DNA of 64,000 bases from NCBI GenBank assembly GCA_012295275.1, contig CM022671.1:21514001-21578000 (forward strand). Reading direction: 5' to 3'. Source of the stretch: Chrysomallon squamiferum (taxonomy: Eukaryota > Animalia > Mollusca). The translations under genes were made by a program, and so were the position numbers. Below are positions 30,351 through 53,077 of this stretch, one piece after another (the stretch's first letter is position 1; each line of letters starts with the position of its first letter). The notes beneath the pieces were generated by a model that worked only from the letters and a program-made list of their open reading frames with translations, did not search any database and was not told the origin of the DNA.

Positions 30351-31039
30351 CGTACTTACTACATAGTTTATATACAGCTTCGTTTAAAAATCAGGACAGA
30401 ATGTTTAGAAAACATCACCGCAGAATTCGTGTAGAAATAACGGACATAATTTGCAGAGAGAAAAAAAAAATCACAGAAATAAGAAGTAGTAGACACAAAT
30501 AAGTAATATAATCGTGAATACAGAGACAAGGACAGAATTACTAAGAAAATCGAGAGAATAACCAGATCATGTGAGAAACTATAACAAAATCAGCAGATAT
30601 CAAAATACTAATCTCATGACCTACATTCTTTATTCCCTTCGTGTATATCGAATTGTAGTGCGCATAACATTTCCTTTTTTTTTTTCTTCCTTTTAGAGTT
30701 TTTTCTTTCTCTTTCTTCGACGACCTTTTGCCTTTTAAATAATGTTACGATAACTGTCGTGGGAATAATCGTCTTAACATCAAATGAGATGAATCAGGTT
30801 ATGTAGCGTACTGTTTAAAATCTTAATTACCTTCTTTGCCTGAAACGGATATCAAAATTATGATTCTGTTTAATATCGAGAATGATTTAACTGAATAATC
30901 CTCTGATTTATGTATCTTTGTAGGTAATAAATAAATAAATACATAAATAATAATAAAAATAAATAAATAGATAGATAAATAAGAAGAAGAAGAAGAAGAA
31001 AATGATAATAGTAATAATGATGATGATGATGATAATGAA

Positions 31040-31100
<61 letters not shown>

Positions 31101-32286
31101 GTGGCCATAATGATGATCTTGAAGGTAAATATTAGTATTTGCTGACTACATGCTTAGTCGTAGTTTTTGATTCACTGATTTCTATACTTAATATAAAAAA
31201 AAATTACTGGGATGTTTTATTTCTCAGCTCTCCGCTTTCGAGAGTATTGATTTGTTGTGTCCTCGAAAAAATCTATACAAAATCATTTTTACATATGAAC
31301 AATTCATTTAGTTTTTAAAATGAAAGCTATTTACAAAATGATCTAAGTGAGCAGTTCAACACTAAATAAGTATATTTGAACAATATGTATGTATGTATAT
31401 ATGTATGTATGTATAATATGTATGTATGTATATGTGTGTATGTATGTATATATGTATGTATGTATATATGTATGTATATATGTATGTAAGTATGTATAAA
31501 TGCATCAATCTGAAAATATGTGTGGATAACGTATTTGTATTAATTTGCCATGTATTTACTTTTAAAAAGGATTATCTTGTACTCAGTAGTATTCTGAACA
31601 TTTGCTATTCAACTCATAAATGTTATAAAACAAGAACAAAAAAGAACTGCCTTATGCAGTTATTTTATTCCCTACATAAATCTAATAAGAAAGAGAGATT
31701 TTGTTTTAAATGACAATGATAGCGTTAAATAATTAATAAGAAAAGAGCAAACACTTCCTGACATTTGGGGAGATGCCAGTATCAAAATAAAATTATTGTA
31801 TGTGGTAATCGTCTGAAAGATGACCTAAATAAAAATTATTAGTATATTAATATAAACATTTATCCATTAACACAACGAAGATTCATTTTGGCGCACCAAC
31901 AGATAATTTTATGTTTCCCGTAAATGCAAACAAAGATTCGACATCGCTGGTTTAAACAATATGTACTGTGGTAATCTTACAGTTTAGGCCTACCTCTTGG
32001 TTATACAATAAATTATATAATCAGTTATTGCTGGAACAGATACTGCTAGAAGAGTGCACCTAATGCACTTTCGATATGACATTAACTGTCCATTAACGGT
32101 ACAAATGTGGGGCAGAAGCTTTAACGGGAAAGACCGCAGTAGGCAAATTAAGGACACCTGAACTTACTCATCAGACAACTGACTTCGGTGTCAGCCTCGT
32201 GAAGGGTCGCAGGATCAAATGCTTTCGATTCCAGTAGATATATTTTTTAAAGGAGATATATTTTACAAATACTCTATAAGGATAGC

Positions 32287-32329
<43 letters not shown>

Positions 32330-33199
32330 TTTTTTTTTTTTTTTTATTTGTATGATGACATAGGGTTTCTGCTCTCATTTATAATCACTATTGACAGATT
32401 AATAACAAAAGAAAGAAAAAAGATATTTAAGACAAGCCTTCATTCATTTATTCAGAATCGAAGTCAAGAAACGTAAATGGAAAAATTTGCAAAAACGAAA
32501 AACCTTTGCCGCAGTTCTGAAGGTAATGTAATGTGTCTTCTTTTAGCAACATACTTTTCTTTCAAAATTTCAAATTTTTTATTTTTTATTTTTTTTTGTG
32601 CTGGTTTTTAAGGTTCTTTTATAAAAGCAATCGTCTCGCTTGAAAAAGATTAAAGAACCCAAATCGGATTTTTCTTTTATGGATTTGTATAGCCATTGCT
32701 CGATATTCGAAATAAAGCAGGCCAAATCGTTGTTCTTTAAAACAAAAACAACAAAAAAAAATCGATGCTGACAGACGCAGAAACGTACGCTGAGAAGAAT
32801 GCGTGCGTTTGAAACATTTAAACACTATTGCAAATCTAACGAAATAGTTGTTATAATTTTTATTTTTATTTTTGTGTTTTTTGTTGTCTTGTTAAGGTTC
32901 AAATTACGCTTACAAAGATATTAGTCCTTATGGATTCCCTTTTTTTCACTTTATATATTTTCTTATTTCTTTAAATTTCTTTTTACTTTTTTCTCTTTTT
33001 TTCTCTCTTTTTAAGGCAACAATTCCAAAATAACGATGAAAAATATGTACGCAAATAGTTAAAGAAACTTATTTCATAAAACAAATGTTAAAGAAGGTGT
33101 GTTTGTTAGATTATTTTTATTTGATCATATTAAATAACGACAATAATGAAGAATCTGGGCATCGATTATCTTAAAGCTTTTGTTTTTTAAGTAGATTAG

Positions 33200-33200
<1 letters not shown>

Positions 33201-33279
<79 letters not shown>

Positions 33280-33624
33280 AAATATATATGTACATGTGAG
33301 TTTCACATGATGAGGTAATTAATATAATAAAGTAATAATAATAATAATAATAATAGTAGTAGTAATAATAATAATGGCGGCCATGGTGATGATTTTGAAA
33401 GAACATTTTACTATTTACTGACGTCAGCTTCAGTTATAGTTCTCGATTCACTGATTTCTGTACTTAATATAAAAAAATCGCTGTGATGTTTTGTTAAGTG
33501 CACTAGTGTCATATTTGTCAGTTTGGTCAAAGCAGATTCACTCAGGGAATATATTCATAATAAAATTTATCTTTATATGAGTATCTGACCAAACACTAAT
33601 TGTATATTGTCAGATACACACGTC

Positions 33625-33700
<76 letters not shown>
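33201..33700 (+). repeat. (CT)n-core-(GA)n interspersed repeat, copy A
   Basis: Core ~33276-33627 is the reverse complement of ~39786-40100. A diverged partial copy lies at ~31097-31220. Confidence 0.85.
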
Positions 33701-33702
<2 letters not shown>

Positions 33703-34035
33703 CAGAGAGAGACAGAGAGTGAGAGAGAAATGATATAAATATCAAGTGTGTGAGGCATGAATGGAGAAATGGAGTGAGAGGGAGGAAAAGAGAGAGATTC
33801 AAAATAGTAAAAAGAAAAACTAAGATCATATTTATTATTATTATCGTTACGATAAAAGTCAATAACAATAAAATAAATTACTGAAACCGTTTAAAAATAT
33901 TTCAAATCATCATTAAAGTATCATATTTTAGGTATACGTTTATTTTGATATACATTTTAATTAGATTTTTTAAATTAGATATTTTAACCGGTTTTCGATC
34001 TTTTTGTTTAACGACCTAATGACAGAAAAGGGAAC

Positions 34036-34128
<93 letters not shown>

Positions 34129-35572
34129 TTTAAACAGTAACAGTAGTTACGGAACATTTACTCAGTTTCCAGTCAAACGTATTTTTAAACTTTCCTTTGT
34201 AGCTGCTAATATATCTAACAGAGACCAGCACTGTTAATTTAACTGCATTCCAGCAGGCATTATTTAACTAAGACATATCAAATTTACGATTATTGGCTTA
34301 ACCCTTCTGTGAGAGACTTGATTCCGCGAAACAACGTACTAATCCTTCAGAAAAGAAAATAGCAATAAAAAATTTTTTGAATTTTTTTTATAAATTGTTT
34401 TTTTTTTTTTTTTTTTTTTTTTGTAGAAACGTGATTCGAAAAGGACAGTGAGATACTCAATAGTAACAAAACAATAGTGTAAAAGCCGGCACACATCATG
34501 GAAGAGCTAAAGGAACAAACGAAGCAAAATTGATAGATCCGCAGAGAACCTGCGACTGTAACGGTTTTCAGCTAATATTATTTGTATCGGCCATATTAAA
34601 TAAAGACGTTGTGAAACTTTAACATCTGACGTCATGGGAATCGCTCGGTATCTCAAAAGTCTGACATTTAAAAACTGGCGATGATTTCAAACTTCTTCTT
34701 CTAAAATTTTAAAATTCAAGATCGGAACCGTCCGCGAATTTTATTTTATTTTATTTTATTTTATTTTTTTTTTTTTTTTTTTTTTTTTTATGGAAATTCC
34801 CCTAACAGATTAAAAGGTAGACAGACACTTGCCAGTTATGAAGATAAAAGTAACGCGTGGGTTTTACTGATTATTCCAGCGATGTGGATGCAAACAGTAA
34901 TTGGTAAGCTGATGAGACAGCAGTGAAATAAATTAGAATGTAAGTAGAGATGTTAGTCAATTACTCCTACTACTACAAATAATAATAATAATAATTAATT
35001 AATTAATTAATTAATTAACTGATTAATGAATTAATTAATTTATTAATAATAACAATAATAATGGTAATCGTGATTATGATGATGATGAAAGTAATAGTTG
35101 TAGTAGTAACAAAGAAATAAATAAACAAAAAACAATAATAATGAGAAGGATGAGGAGGACGAAGGTGAAGACAACGACGACGACGATGATGATAGTAGTA
35201 GTAAATGATGATGATGAAGATGATTATAGTAATAATAATAACTGATATTAGTCGTCACTTGGAATCTCAAAAGTACTATCACTCGAATTTCAAGCATAAT
35301 AAGATATCTCATGAAAAGACAAACAGCCTCCAAGTTATAACATATACAGTAAAATAAGTACGTTTATCAACCATACTAAAACATGTCTTAATGAGCTTTT
35401 CGAAGTACTTTTTTTTTTTTTTTTTTTTAATCTTTAGACCCTGATGATATTACTAAATAAACCGGATTTGCCTCGCCTGTTTGACATCATTTCAAAATCT
35501 TAATCCAGACAAAACGTATTGAGATGTAACTTCCTGTGTTTGTTTTCCCCCGTTCTTCTGAACGCTGTAACG

Positions 35573-36150
35573 CAGTCACGGGCAAAAACTGCGGCCCGCG
35601 CGCCTTTCTGAGTGGCTCGCCTAATTTCCCAAGGAAAATAACGTTAATTCAAATTTTGTTTGTCTCGTTTTGTCCTCACTTGTTCACACACACTCTCTCC
35701 CTCACTCAAAAAAGGTTGGGGGAAGCTGGTGCCACAGACGAATCTTTATTATACACCCGACTAACCTCCAATGTTGCCTGTTGCATTGTGGGAACCCAAG
35801 CCAGAAAAAAAATTGCTAACGCCAATTTTTTTTTTTTTATTAAAAAAAAGAAAAAAAGAGTCTATTTTGTATCTACTAATATACCAAAATACATGTAATT
35901 TTTTTTAATTTTTTTTTTTATAAAAGTTCCTGAAATAAATGAAAATCAAAAAATTTCTTAAAATAAACTCTGCATAAAAACACAAATTTTTTTGACGCGT
36001 ATGGGCCTCCGCAGCCGAAATAGCTAATCGTTGATACAGAGTTATCTCCTTCGCGTGCGATTCTCAAGAATCTCCTAAATTAGTACCTGCGGCCCGCTTG
36101 AGAATGAGCCATGTCTCATGTGGCCCGTTTGTCGAAAAAGGTTGCCTGCA
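35573..36150. mobile_element. Non-autonomous hAT (Charlie-like) element
   Basis: Left end cagtcacgggcaaaaactgcggcccgcg; right end with gcggcccgc, tggcccg and aaaaaggttgcc subterminal motifs typical of hAT/Charlie MITEs. Near-identical 8-bp TSD ctgtaacg (35565-35572) / gtgtaacg (36151-36158). Confidence 0.7.
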
Positions 36151-36807
36151 GTGTAACGTAATGATTGACCATCACGAGGTAACTGGTAAGAAATTAGATC
36201 TGTTTTATAAACAGTTTTAAGATTTGCATCTCACGTACATTTTCTTTGTTTATTATTGGATTTTTAGATTAATTAATTATTTATTTTGTATTATTTTATT
36301 TATTATCCCACTTATTATTCCTATACCTATTTTAACAAGAAATGGAAAGGTTTCAGAAATGCAGTTCTTAAAATATATCATGAAATCTTAATGATAAAAA
36401 AAAAAAAAAAAATAATAATAATTTTAATTTGAGAAGCTATCAGTCAACAATAATAATACTGGAAATTGAGGAGGTATCAATTAATTTACGCAGAGAGCAA
36501 AAAAAAAAAAAAAACAACAACAACAAAAAAACAACAACAAAACCAAAACGTAAATAAATAAAAAAATAAAAATAAAAATAAGTTAATAATAATAATAATA
36601 TATAAGACAAAAGCTGATCATAATTATTTTCTCATTTGTTTGTTGAGGGGGAGCACTGGGAAGCGAGGGGGCAGATTTCTACAATTACATTAGCAATACA
36701 GGAGTATCCATATTTAATATTTTTACATTTGTCTACCGTAATTACTATTTAAGTTAAAACAGTAACAAATAATAAATTATATAAATTAAGTAGTGAAATG
36801 TAATTAC

Positions 36808-36874
<67 letters not shown>

Positions 36875-36930
36875 TCTCTGTTATTTCATTACTCTCTTTT
36901 CTGTATCTATCTATGTCTCTCTCTATAGAG

Positions 36931-37028
<98 letters not shown>

Positions 37029-37524
37029 CACTGTTCATTTTATATATCAGTATATTTTTCTAACAGTTTTTACGTTAAAAAAGAAAAGTAAAAAAATAAA
37101 TAATAACATTCTCAAAAATATATGATTTTATTTCATTTGTACTTTGACTGTGCAATCTATTTTTGTCTAAGAAAAGTTCTGTAACAATACGTGACATTTT
37201 TTCTTTTTCAAAAAGCAGAGACGAAGAAAACAAGGGAGTGAATGAATTCTGGATGAAAGAAAATATCGGTGACTGACCTTCAGTGAAAAATTAAATGGTC
37301 ATTATCAAAATATAAATTTTTTATAGTTTCATGTTCATCTCATCTTTATTCAGGTCTTCAGAAATTAGATACGCAGAAAGTATCTGAACTGCAGTATTAT
37401 GGAACAATTATGAATAATAAATACAAAAATACAACGATCAAAACTAAATTACATTCTTTAGAGGATATTACTCGAGTTGCTTTAAAGCTTCCGACTGTGT
37501 CAACGAACGACATTCAATCAAATA

Positions 37525-38290
37525 CACTGGTACATCGACTTACGAGTGCGTCAACTAACGAGATTTTCAAGTTACGAGCAGTCGCCCGGTCTATTTTGTG
37601 CTGTGAGTTGCGAGCCAAAATCCGAGTTACGAGAGAGCTACTATACGCCGCCGCTAGTTGGCGCAACGAACAATACAACATCCGGCCAGCATCCCACGTC
37701 TCACTCGCTTATTTCACGTGGTTACCTCGCCGTGGAAGCTTCTCTGTTGTGTTGTGTTCGCGTTTTGTGCAAATTTGCCAAATTTTCTATTTTCTCAGAT
37801 TGGATCGTAAGAAAGTGAGTGCAAAGGACAGTGCTAAGAAGAAGAAGCGGATGATGTCCATTGAATTAAAGCTTGAATTCATAGAAAAACATGAGCGAGG
37901 TGTGCATGTTGTCGACTTTGCTAGGCAGTACGAGCATAGTACTTCTACGATATGTACCATACTGAAGCTGAAGGAGTCAATAAAGTCTGTAACTGCAGCC
38001 AAAGGCGTTAAAATAATTTGTCTGATCTCCAAGATAAATATACTTTACAAAACCAATTTATTTCTTTACCATCTCTTTTATTTTGTTTTTATACAATAAC
38101 TGTCATTTATAAATACATATTTCTTATTTAAAAACACGTGACAAAAAAGAAAAAGAAAACATTAAGGGGTTGGAACGGATTAATGGTATTTCAATTAATT
38201 TCAGTTTGGAAAATTGATTTGATATACGAGCAGACTGAGATTCGAGCTCGGTCACGGAACGAATTAAACTCGTAAGTCAAGGTACCACTG
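37525..38290 (+). mobile_element. Internally deleted Tigger/pogo DNA transposon with CENP-B/PSQ-type HTH remnant
   Basis: TIRs cactggtacatcgacttacgag / ctcgtaagtcaaggtaccactg, TA on both sides. Internal frame ~37800-38015 encodes DRKKVSAKDSAKKKKRMMSIELKLEFIEKHERGVHVVDFARQYEHSTSTICTILKLKESI, the N-terminal HTH of Tigger transposases. The DDE domain is absent. Confidence 0.9.
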
Positions 38291-39579
38291 TATATACTAT
38301 AGAAATTTCAGCCATAAAAATTAAATATAAAAATCGAAATACAGAAAATACTCTTACAGAAAATGCACGAAGATGTATTTACGATTATCCTGCTCTAAAC
38401 GAATGACAAAAAATAGAAGAAAGAAAAAAAAAAGGTTTAAAAACATTAATGGAAATTCTTTGCAGTTCATGACGGATGAAAACAAATTTTACGATATTAC
38501 GGACATAGATAAAATCAGATGTTAACTGTAGTACAAATTAATGTCAAAAATGATAATCAAGTCGTCAAAAATAGAAAACTTGTGAAGAAAATGTATGAAA
38601 ATGTCATAAAGATAATACTACAGTGAACGAATGTTTATTGGAACAAAGAAAACTTAGGGTATCGAGTTCCAGTGATGACTATTAAATACGAAAGGCCTTT
38701 AATGAAAAATAGAATACACTGTTAGAGAAAGCTGATGGAGATATCTTAAAGATTATTCTGCAGTTAACAAATGTTCATTAATATAATTAAAACAAAGGTA
38801 TCATTTTGTGATTAGTATTTATAAAATATTAAATGATTAAAGATAAAATTCACATTACACTGTTAGAGAAAATTAATAAAATGTTCAGTTATTGCTGACG
38901 TGAATGAATATTTGACGATATTCTAGAAAAAAAGCAGACAGACAAACAAACAAAAATAAAAAAAGAACATTCAAAAACAAACGAGTAAAACAACAAACAA
39001 ACAAATCAAAACAAACGAGTAAAACAACAAACAAACAAATCAAAACAAAAAAGTTCAGTTACTTCAAACTAAATGCCAAAAATTTTTGATCGGAAATAGA
39101 ATACAATTAAAGAACATTAACTAAAATTCCTTCAACTTTCTCAAATTTCTAACGTTACTCCAAGAGCAAATAAAACACCAGATTTTGGGAGAGAAAAAGA
39201 AGTAGAAGAAGAAGATGAATGTTAAATATATAAATCCTATCATACAAAACTGTACGGTATCATTTCCATAGGAATGAACCTGTGTTTAACCTTTATTCCA
39301 GAATAAAGAAAGGCATAGCAATCAAAAAGGATGAAAAGAATTTTTAAATGTAAACCTAATACATTACTAAAAAAAAAGATGTATGTGGCTTGTGTAGCAA
39401 ATGAAAATAAAGGAAAGATGCGGTTTTAGTATTTATTAAACCAAAGATGTATATTATTTCGTTCAGACAGATACTTTGTGTTCTTTCCGCACTAACGTCT
39501 GCCCACTCATGTCCGGATGAAATGACATCAAAGCAGGAATGCTATAATAATAAATATACATTAATAATTTAGAGAGAGA

Positions 39580-40232
<653 letters not shown>

Positions 40233-41002
40233 AAAACAACAACAAAAACAACGCTCATATCAACGAATGCTTTGTGTTGTAACAATCATATATAAATAAT
40301 GTCATCTATCATAACAAGGGCATAAAATAATACAGTTTTCGGTGTTCCATGGCCATTCTGGCTATGACTTAAAGCCAACTACTTCATACAAATGTTAGAC
40401 TTTCCGATTATTCTTGATGAGCGGTGGATGTGCGTATTATTAATAAAACCTGTCACATTTTTACCGTTTTATTAATTAAATGTACCAGTTCACTCGTTAA
40501 GATTAAGATGCAGTGAACATTTAATGTTGCTGAATATGAAAAACAGCAGCCAAGTTTGCATTAAAGCACCCAGTGGAATTAAAAGAGTACTCACTATTGA
40601 TAATTAAGAAATATTAATGAAAATGTTATGAAAAGTAGATATTGTCTTTGAAAAAAGAAAAAGTTTTAACTGCCTCTGCCTGGTTAAAACAAAATTTATT
40701 ATTATCACTAGATTTTGGAGAAGTTTTGGACAGGCAACATGTAAATAACACAGAATTGTTTTTTTTTTAAAGTGTCAAACTGATACCTTCATTTAAGAAA
40801 CATATATTACACAACATAATTCTTCTAAATGTTATATTACCGGTTGAGAATCCTTCATTCGAAATGCATGGTACCGGAAGTGACTCGAACTTCGGAATAT
40901 TTCGGGTTTTCGAATATAAAGAGATTGCATGAGATTAGAATCTACGTCTAAATATGAATTCAATTTATTTTTCATATACAGCTTACGCAGATAGTCTGAT
41001 GG

Positions 41003-48334
<7,332 letters not shown>

Positions 48335-49892
48335 GTTTAGAAAGAGAGAGAGAGAGCTAAAAACAAAAATCGTTTAAAGAAGACACGACTATTTATTTAT
48401 TTTTATTTTTATAACTGAAAAAAATATATATATATATTTGTCAAACTTCTAAATTAAAAAAACAATATATATATATAAATCACTTCTTGAGCTCTGAAAT
48501 AAAAATAAAAATATAAAAATTTACCTCTAACAACTTTTGATACCATATCCGTTCTATCCTCGGCATCGTCCCCATCTCTAGACCTCGTGTCAATCATTTT
48601 GAATTTCTTCAGGATAGCGTTATAGTCCAGCAACACGAACCAGGTGACAGTGGACCTCAGAATTAAGCCCAGCACTCTTTTATACAACAGACTGCAGCCA
48701 CGTGCAATTAAAATACTAATTTTTTACATCTGAAACAGAGGCTAAGAGTTGAGTGCGCAAACGCGACTTTTTTTAAACTAAAGAGTTCTAAAACTCTCCA
48801 CGGGTTCCTTAGTTGATAAGCAAGCATGATGTCGAAGACATTCTCCAGGGACTTTAGAGTTCATAAGTGAAGATGGCGTTAAATTTGTAACATGCATGTT
48901 GCTAAAGTACGCCCACCAGACGAGAGTTTTTTAAATGAGTTACATTTTGCACGTCGAAACGCCCACTTCTATTTTTGAATTATTTTTTGGTTGGATATGT
49001 TATTGAAGAGACTAATATTATCTCTTTTTTTTAAAATTTGGTCAAGACAAAAATGCATTGATTAATATTAATTTTAAAAATCATGAACAAGATAAAAATT
49101 ATACTAATTAATATTAATTTAAAAATCATGAACATGATAAAAGTGTATTGATAATTTTTCAAAACCATTACAAGTTAAAAATGTATTAATTAAAATTACT
49201 GAATTGTTTTTTGGTTGAGTGGATTACATAGGAAAGATCCATGTTGTCTATTATAAGGCAGGTTAAGACAAGACATAAAGTTATTAAATTGTATTAATTA
49301 AAATTGATTTTAAAAATCATAAACAATATAATATTAATATTAATTTTTTTTTAACAATTGGATCAAGACAAAATCGTATTAATTAATATTAATTTCTAAA
49401 AACACAAACACAAAAACTTATTAATATTCATTTATTACAATAAGATTATACTATTTACTGCTTTCTTCTGCATTCATAGTATGAATTTGCATTATAAAAT
49501 TTAGAGCATTAATATTTGTTATAGTTATAAGCCATCCTACTGAACAGGATTTTTTGTTCTTCATTTTTCATGATTCTTCTTATTACACTCCAAACACAAT
49601 TTAACTTCATGCAATACAACTTAACGTATTAATTACGTGCTGTGCAACCTTAACTTCAGATAACACCTTTAGAGAGAACAGTTTTAACTTCATGTAACAC
49701 AGTCCTAATGTCCAGCTAGTCTGTCGAAATTAAAATGTTGACTAATTTATTAATAAACGATATCTAAAACAGATTGCAATTTAATTGAATTTATTTCAAA
49801 TTATTGTCTCGTTTATAAACTCTAGAGAGCAATTACAGAGGACAGAAACAAAATGAATGTTTGAAAACAAAAATAGCATTTTAACGTCAAAA

Positions 49893-49948
<56 letters not shown>

Positions 49949-50679
49949 ATTTCATATAAATCCAAATTACTGTATTTCAGGACTAAATTTTAACAATATA
50001 TTAATAAAATTTGGACATGAAAATGTTTTCTTTCATGTACATAATTATTTGTTTGTTGTTGTTCTTTTCTATTTACCTGTTTATTTATTATTACAGTTTG
50101 CAAAACAATAATAAAAGAAGAAGCCATCATGCCTAATGATCTTGTTATTTTATTTGATTATAGGCCGGTACTACCAGACAAAAGACCTATGCATATTTAA
50201 GCTATGTAAAGACTAATTATTAATGAAACTAAACAGGACGTACATTTTAATGCTTGCTTATTTTTAAAGCCTTCAAAAGAAACAAATTAAGAAATAATAA
50301 AATTTAAAAAAAATATATTTAAAAAAAAAATTGGCAAAAGCGGATAACATTTCGTTTCTAATGCCAACCGTCGTTCCAGTCTTGTCTTACGTCATTACGT
50401 GTCGCGAGAATTACAAATTAGTTCGACTCGATTTACAAAAACACAAAGTTAACAAATAAGTAAGTACAATTTGATTATTAAAGAAAATGAAATGTCATAT
50501 GGACCTGGCTCGTGTTTTTTTATCTATTCAAAATTTCGAGCAAATCAACCCTCAACCAAACAGTCCTCACATACCCATGTTTTAAACAATTAATCTTGAG
50601 TTAACCCACCAAAGACGATACAATTTCTGTTTTTATTTATTCATATAGAATAATATTTAGAATAATATCTAAATCTGAA

Positions 50680-50758
<79 letters not shown>

Positions 50759-53077
50759 AAAAAAAAAATGTGGGTTTTTTTTTTTTGTTTGTTTAAAGAA
50801 GCTAAATGTGTATTTATCTTTTTCCTACGACTAATGAATAAATCATCATTTGACTGTTTGTTAATTAAGTTTTGACAAAATGTACTTTTCAAAGAGTAGG
50901 CCTGTATCTCAGAGGACTGATTTTGAAAATTATTAAATATTAACTTATTGTGAAAAATGAAATGCGTAACCATCGCTGGCGTTACAATTACAGACATCAA
51001 AACATTTTTTTTTTTAGTTTTTCTTACTCAGACAGGGGGTGGGGAAGGAAGATCTAGGCATTTTACGTAGCATGTAAACAAGTTTAGTTAATGGACCGGG
51101 CACATTCCGTGCTATTTCGTTGGTCCGATGTGGATGAGTCCATTCACCACAGTAAACAATGCTCAGAAATCTAGTCTTTTGGAAAAGAACGTAGTTTTTT
51201 TGTTGTTGTTTTTTTAACTTTTGGATCAATTTTGTTTATAATATAATATAATATAATATAATAAAAAGATATGTATATAAACAAAAAATAAATCGTCACC
51301 CCACCAACTAACCCACGTTCATGACCTTCGTATGACTTCTGCACTTGTAGTAAAACGAAAAACGAGTATCAAAATACCGATTAAAAAACTCTGTGCTAAC
51401 AAGGGATGGACCTCAAATGTTAGATTAATTAATTTAAAAACAATAAATAAGTTAATTAATTAATTAATTAATAATAAAGAAGAAGAAATCTGATTATCTT
51501 CTCTTATTCTTGGGTATCGTCCGGTAGACTGAGTTACTTTTGGAAACTAAAACAATCGGGAAATGTTACGCTACGGTCTGGTTTTCTTTGTCATTATTTT
51601 GAGTTTGGAGGCAATAATCGTAAACTATATCGGACATACTTTAAAATGAAGGTATAAACATCCCAGTTTCTGAAAAATATATAATAAAAAATATTTTTAA
51701 AATTTGTATCTCTTATCGAAATAAACTGGCATCAGGCTACGAATGAAATTTGACAGGATCAGAGGTCTGAAACCACAGATGTATTATCAAAGTCACAGCG
51801 ATTATTTGAATTGCATTAATGCATTAAGTTTAAACCTGCCACGTAGAGACACGAAAGGGCATAGCCTTAATTGGCTTTAGGGACAGCCATTATAGCGAAT
51901 ATGCTACATGTGAACATATTTGCTAGTTCTCAGTGAGAGAAACTGAAACCCCAAGGAAGACTTCATAATGTGTACGAAAGTCAATAATGATTTTGCAAAT
52001 TTTGTGAGCAGTTGTTTCTTAGTTGTTGTTGTTGATGTTGTTGTTTATTTATAAATTAACACTGTTAAAATACTGTTGGTAACAGAATAACATAAAATAA
52101 TGAGACAAAATGTAAAGCAATGAGAAACATTCTAAAATCATTCATCTCTAATATTTTTATTAGCAGATTATGCATCTTCAGATTATGCATCACCTTAAGA
52201 TAATTATATTTTACTAGTAGTTAAGGTAATATCGATAAGATAGACTTCCAAATTCTCTGTTAAATTCTTACTAATGGACTGATACGTGTTTTTTATGATC
52301 TTGATCTGGTTGTTACCTTCAAATGTCTTCTTTCTTTTTATCCCCGCCCCCGTTGCCTCGTTCGGACACAAATCTAATGAAATGCAAGTGACGCATGCTC
52401 TGCGTCATAATACCTTGTTAGAACCAGTGAAAACTAGCGATATCAGACAAGAATCTCCGGAGGCATTGTGTCTAGATTTTCTTTCTACTCGTGTTTTCTT
52501 GGGAGACAAAAACATAAAATGCAATTTATCACCATCTTAACTAAGCTAGGGTTAGCAATCATATATTTTGACGAGTAAGTGTTCGTGCATATATTTTTTT
52601 TCAAGATATTTTATTCGTTTTTATGTCATTTATTTATTCCTTTATTGTTTTTAGTCATTCATTTTTTCAGTCACTCACTTATTTGTTCATTCATTTATTC
52701 ATTTAGGCCTACTTAATTTAATTTAAAAAAACAAAAACAACAACAACAACAAACGAACAAAAAAAAAAAAAAAAAAAAAACACAACAAAAAAGAAGCGTG
52801 TTCAAACCAATTCGATCTTTTTGTCACGTAGCAAAAAGTTAATATTCCTGTCTTCACTTTGTCCAGCCTCCTCACATAAAATTACAATATACAGCAAAAG
52901 TAACAACAACAACAACAACAACAACAACCACAACAACAATAATAATAATTTATAAACGAAATCCAGGTAATCTTTCTCTGCCCCTGACTGAAGCGGGCTG
53001 TAGCTCGATAGCGAAAGTGCAGGTTTAAAACAAGATTAACCAAGTATGCTGATTCCCGTCCCATCGTCCCAGCAAGA

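Noticed and set aside
33419-34634. Palindromic CRE motifs TGACGTCA (33419-33426, 34627-34634) as enhancers of the peptide gene
   Set aside because: An 8-mer can occur by chance in 64 kb, one copy lies in a repeat, and both are ~10 kb from the putative TSS.
34880-34903. Possible + strand 24-nt microexon (ttattccag...ttg|gtaagc), and a + strand exon-like segment at ~47338-47464
   Set aside because: No coherent + strand gene could be assembled around them, and the latter has stops in all frames.
37410-38099. 229-aa ORF as a host gene
   Set aside because: It runs across the TIR and untranslated part of a deleted Tigger element; only the HTH remnant is real coding sequence.
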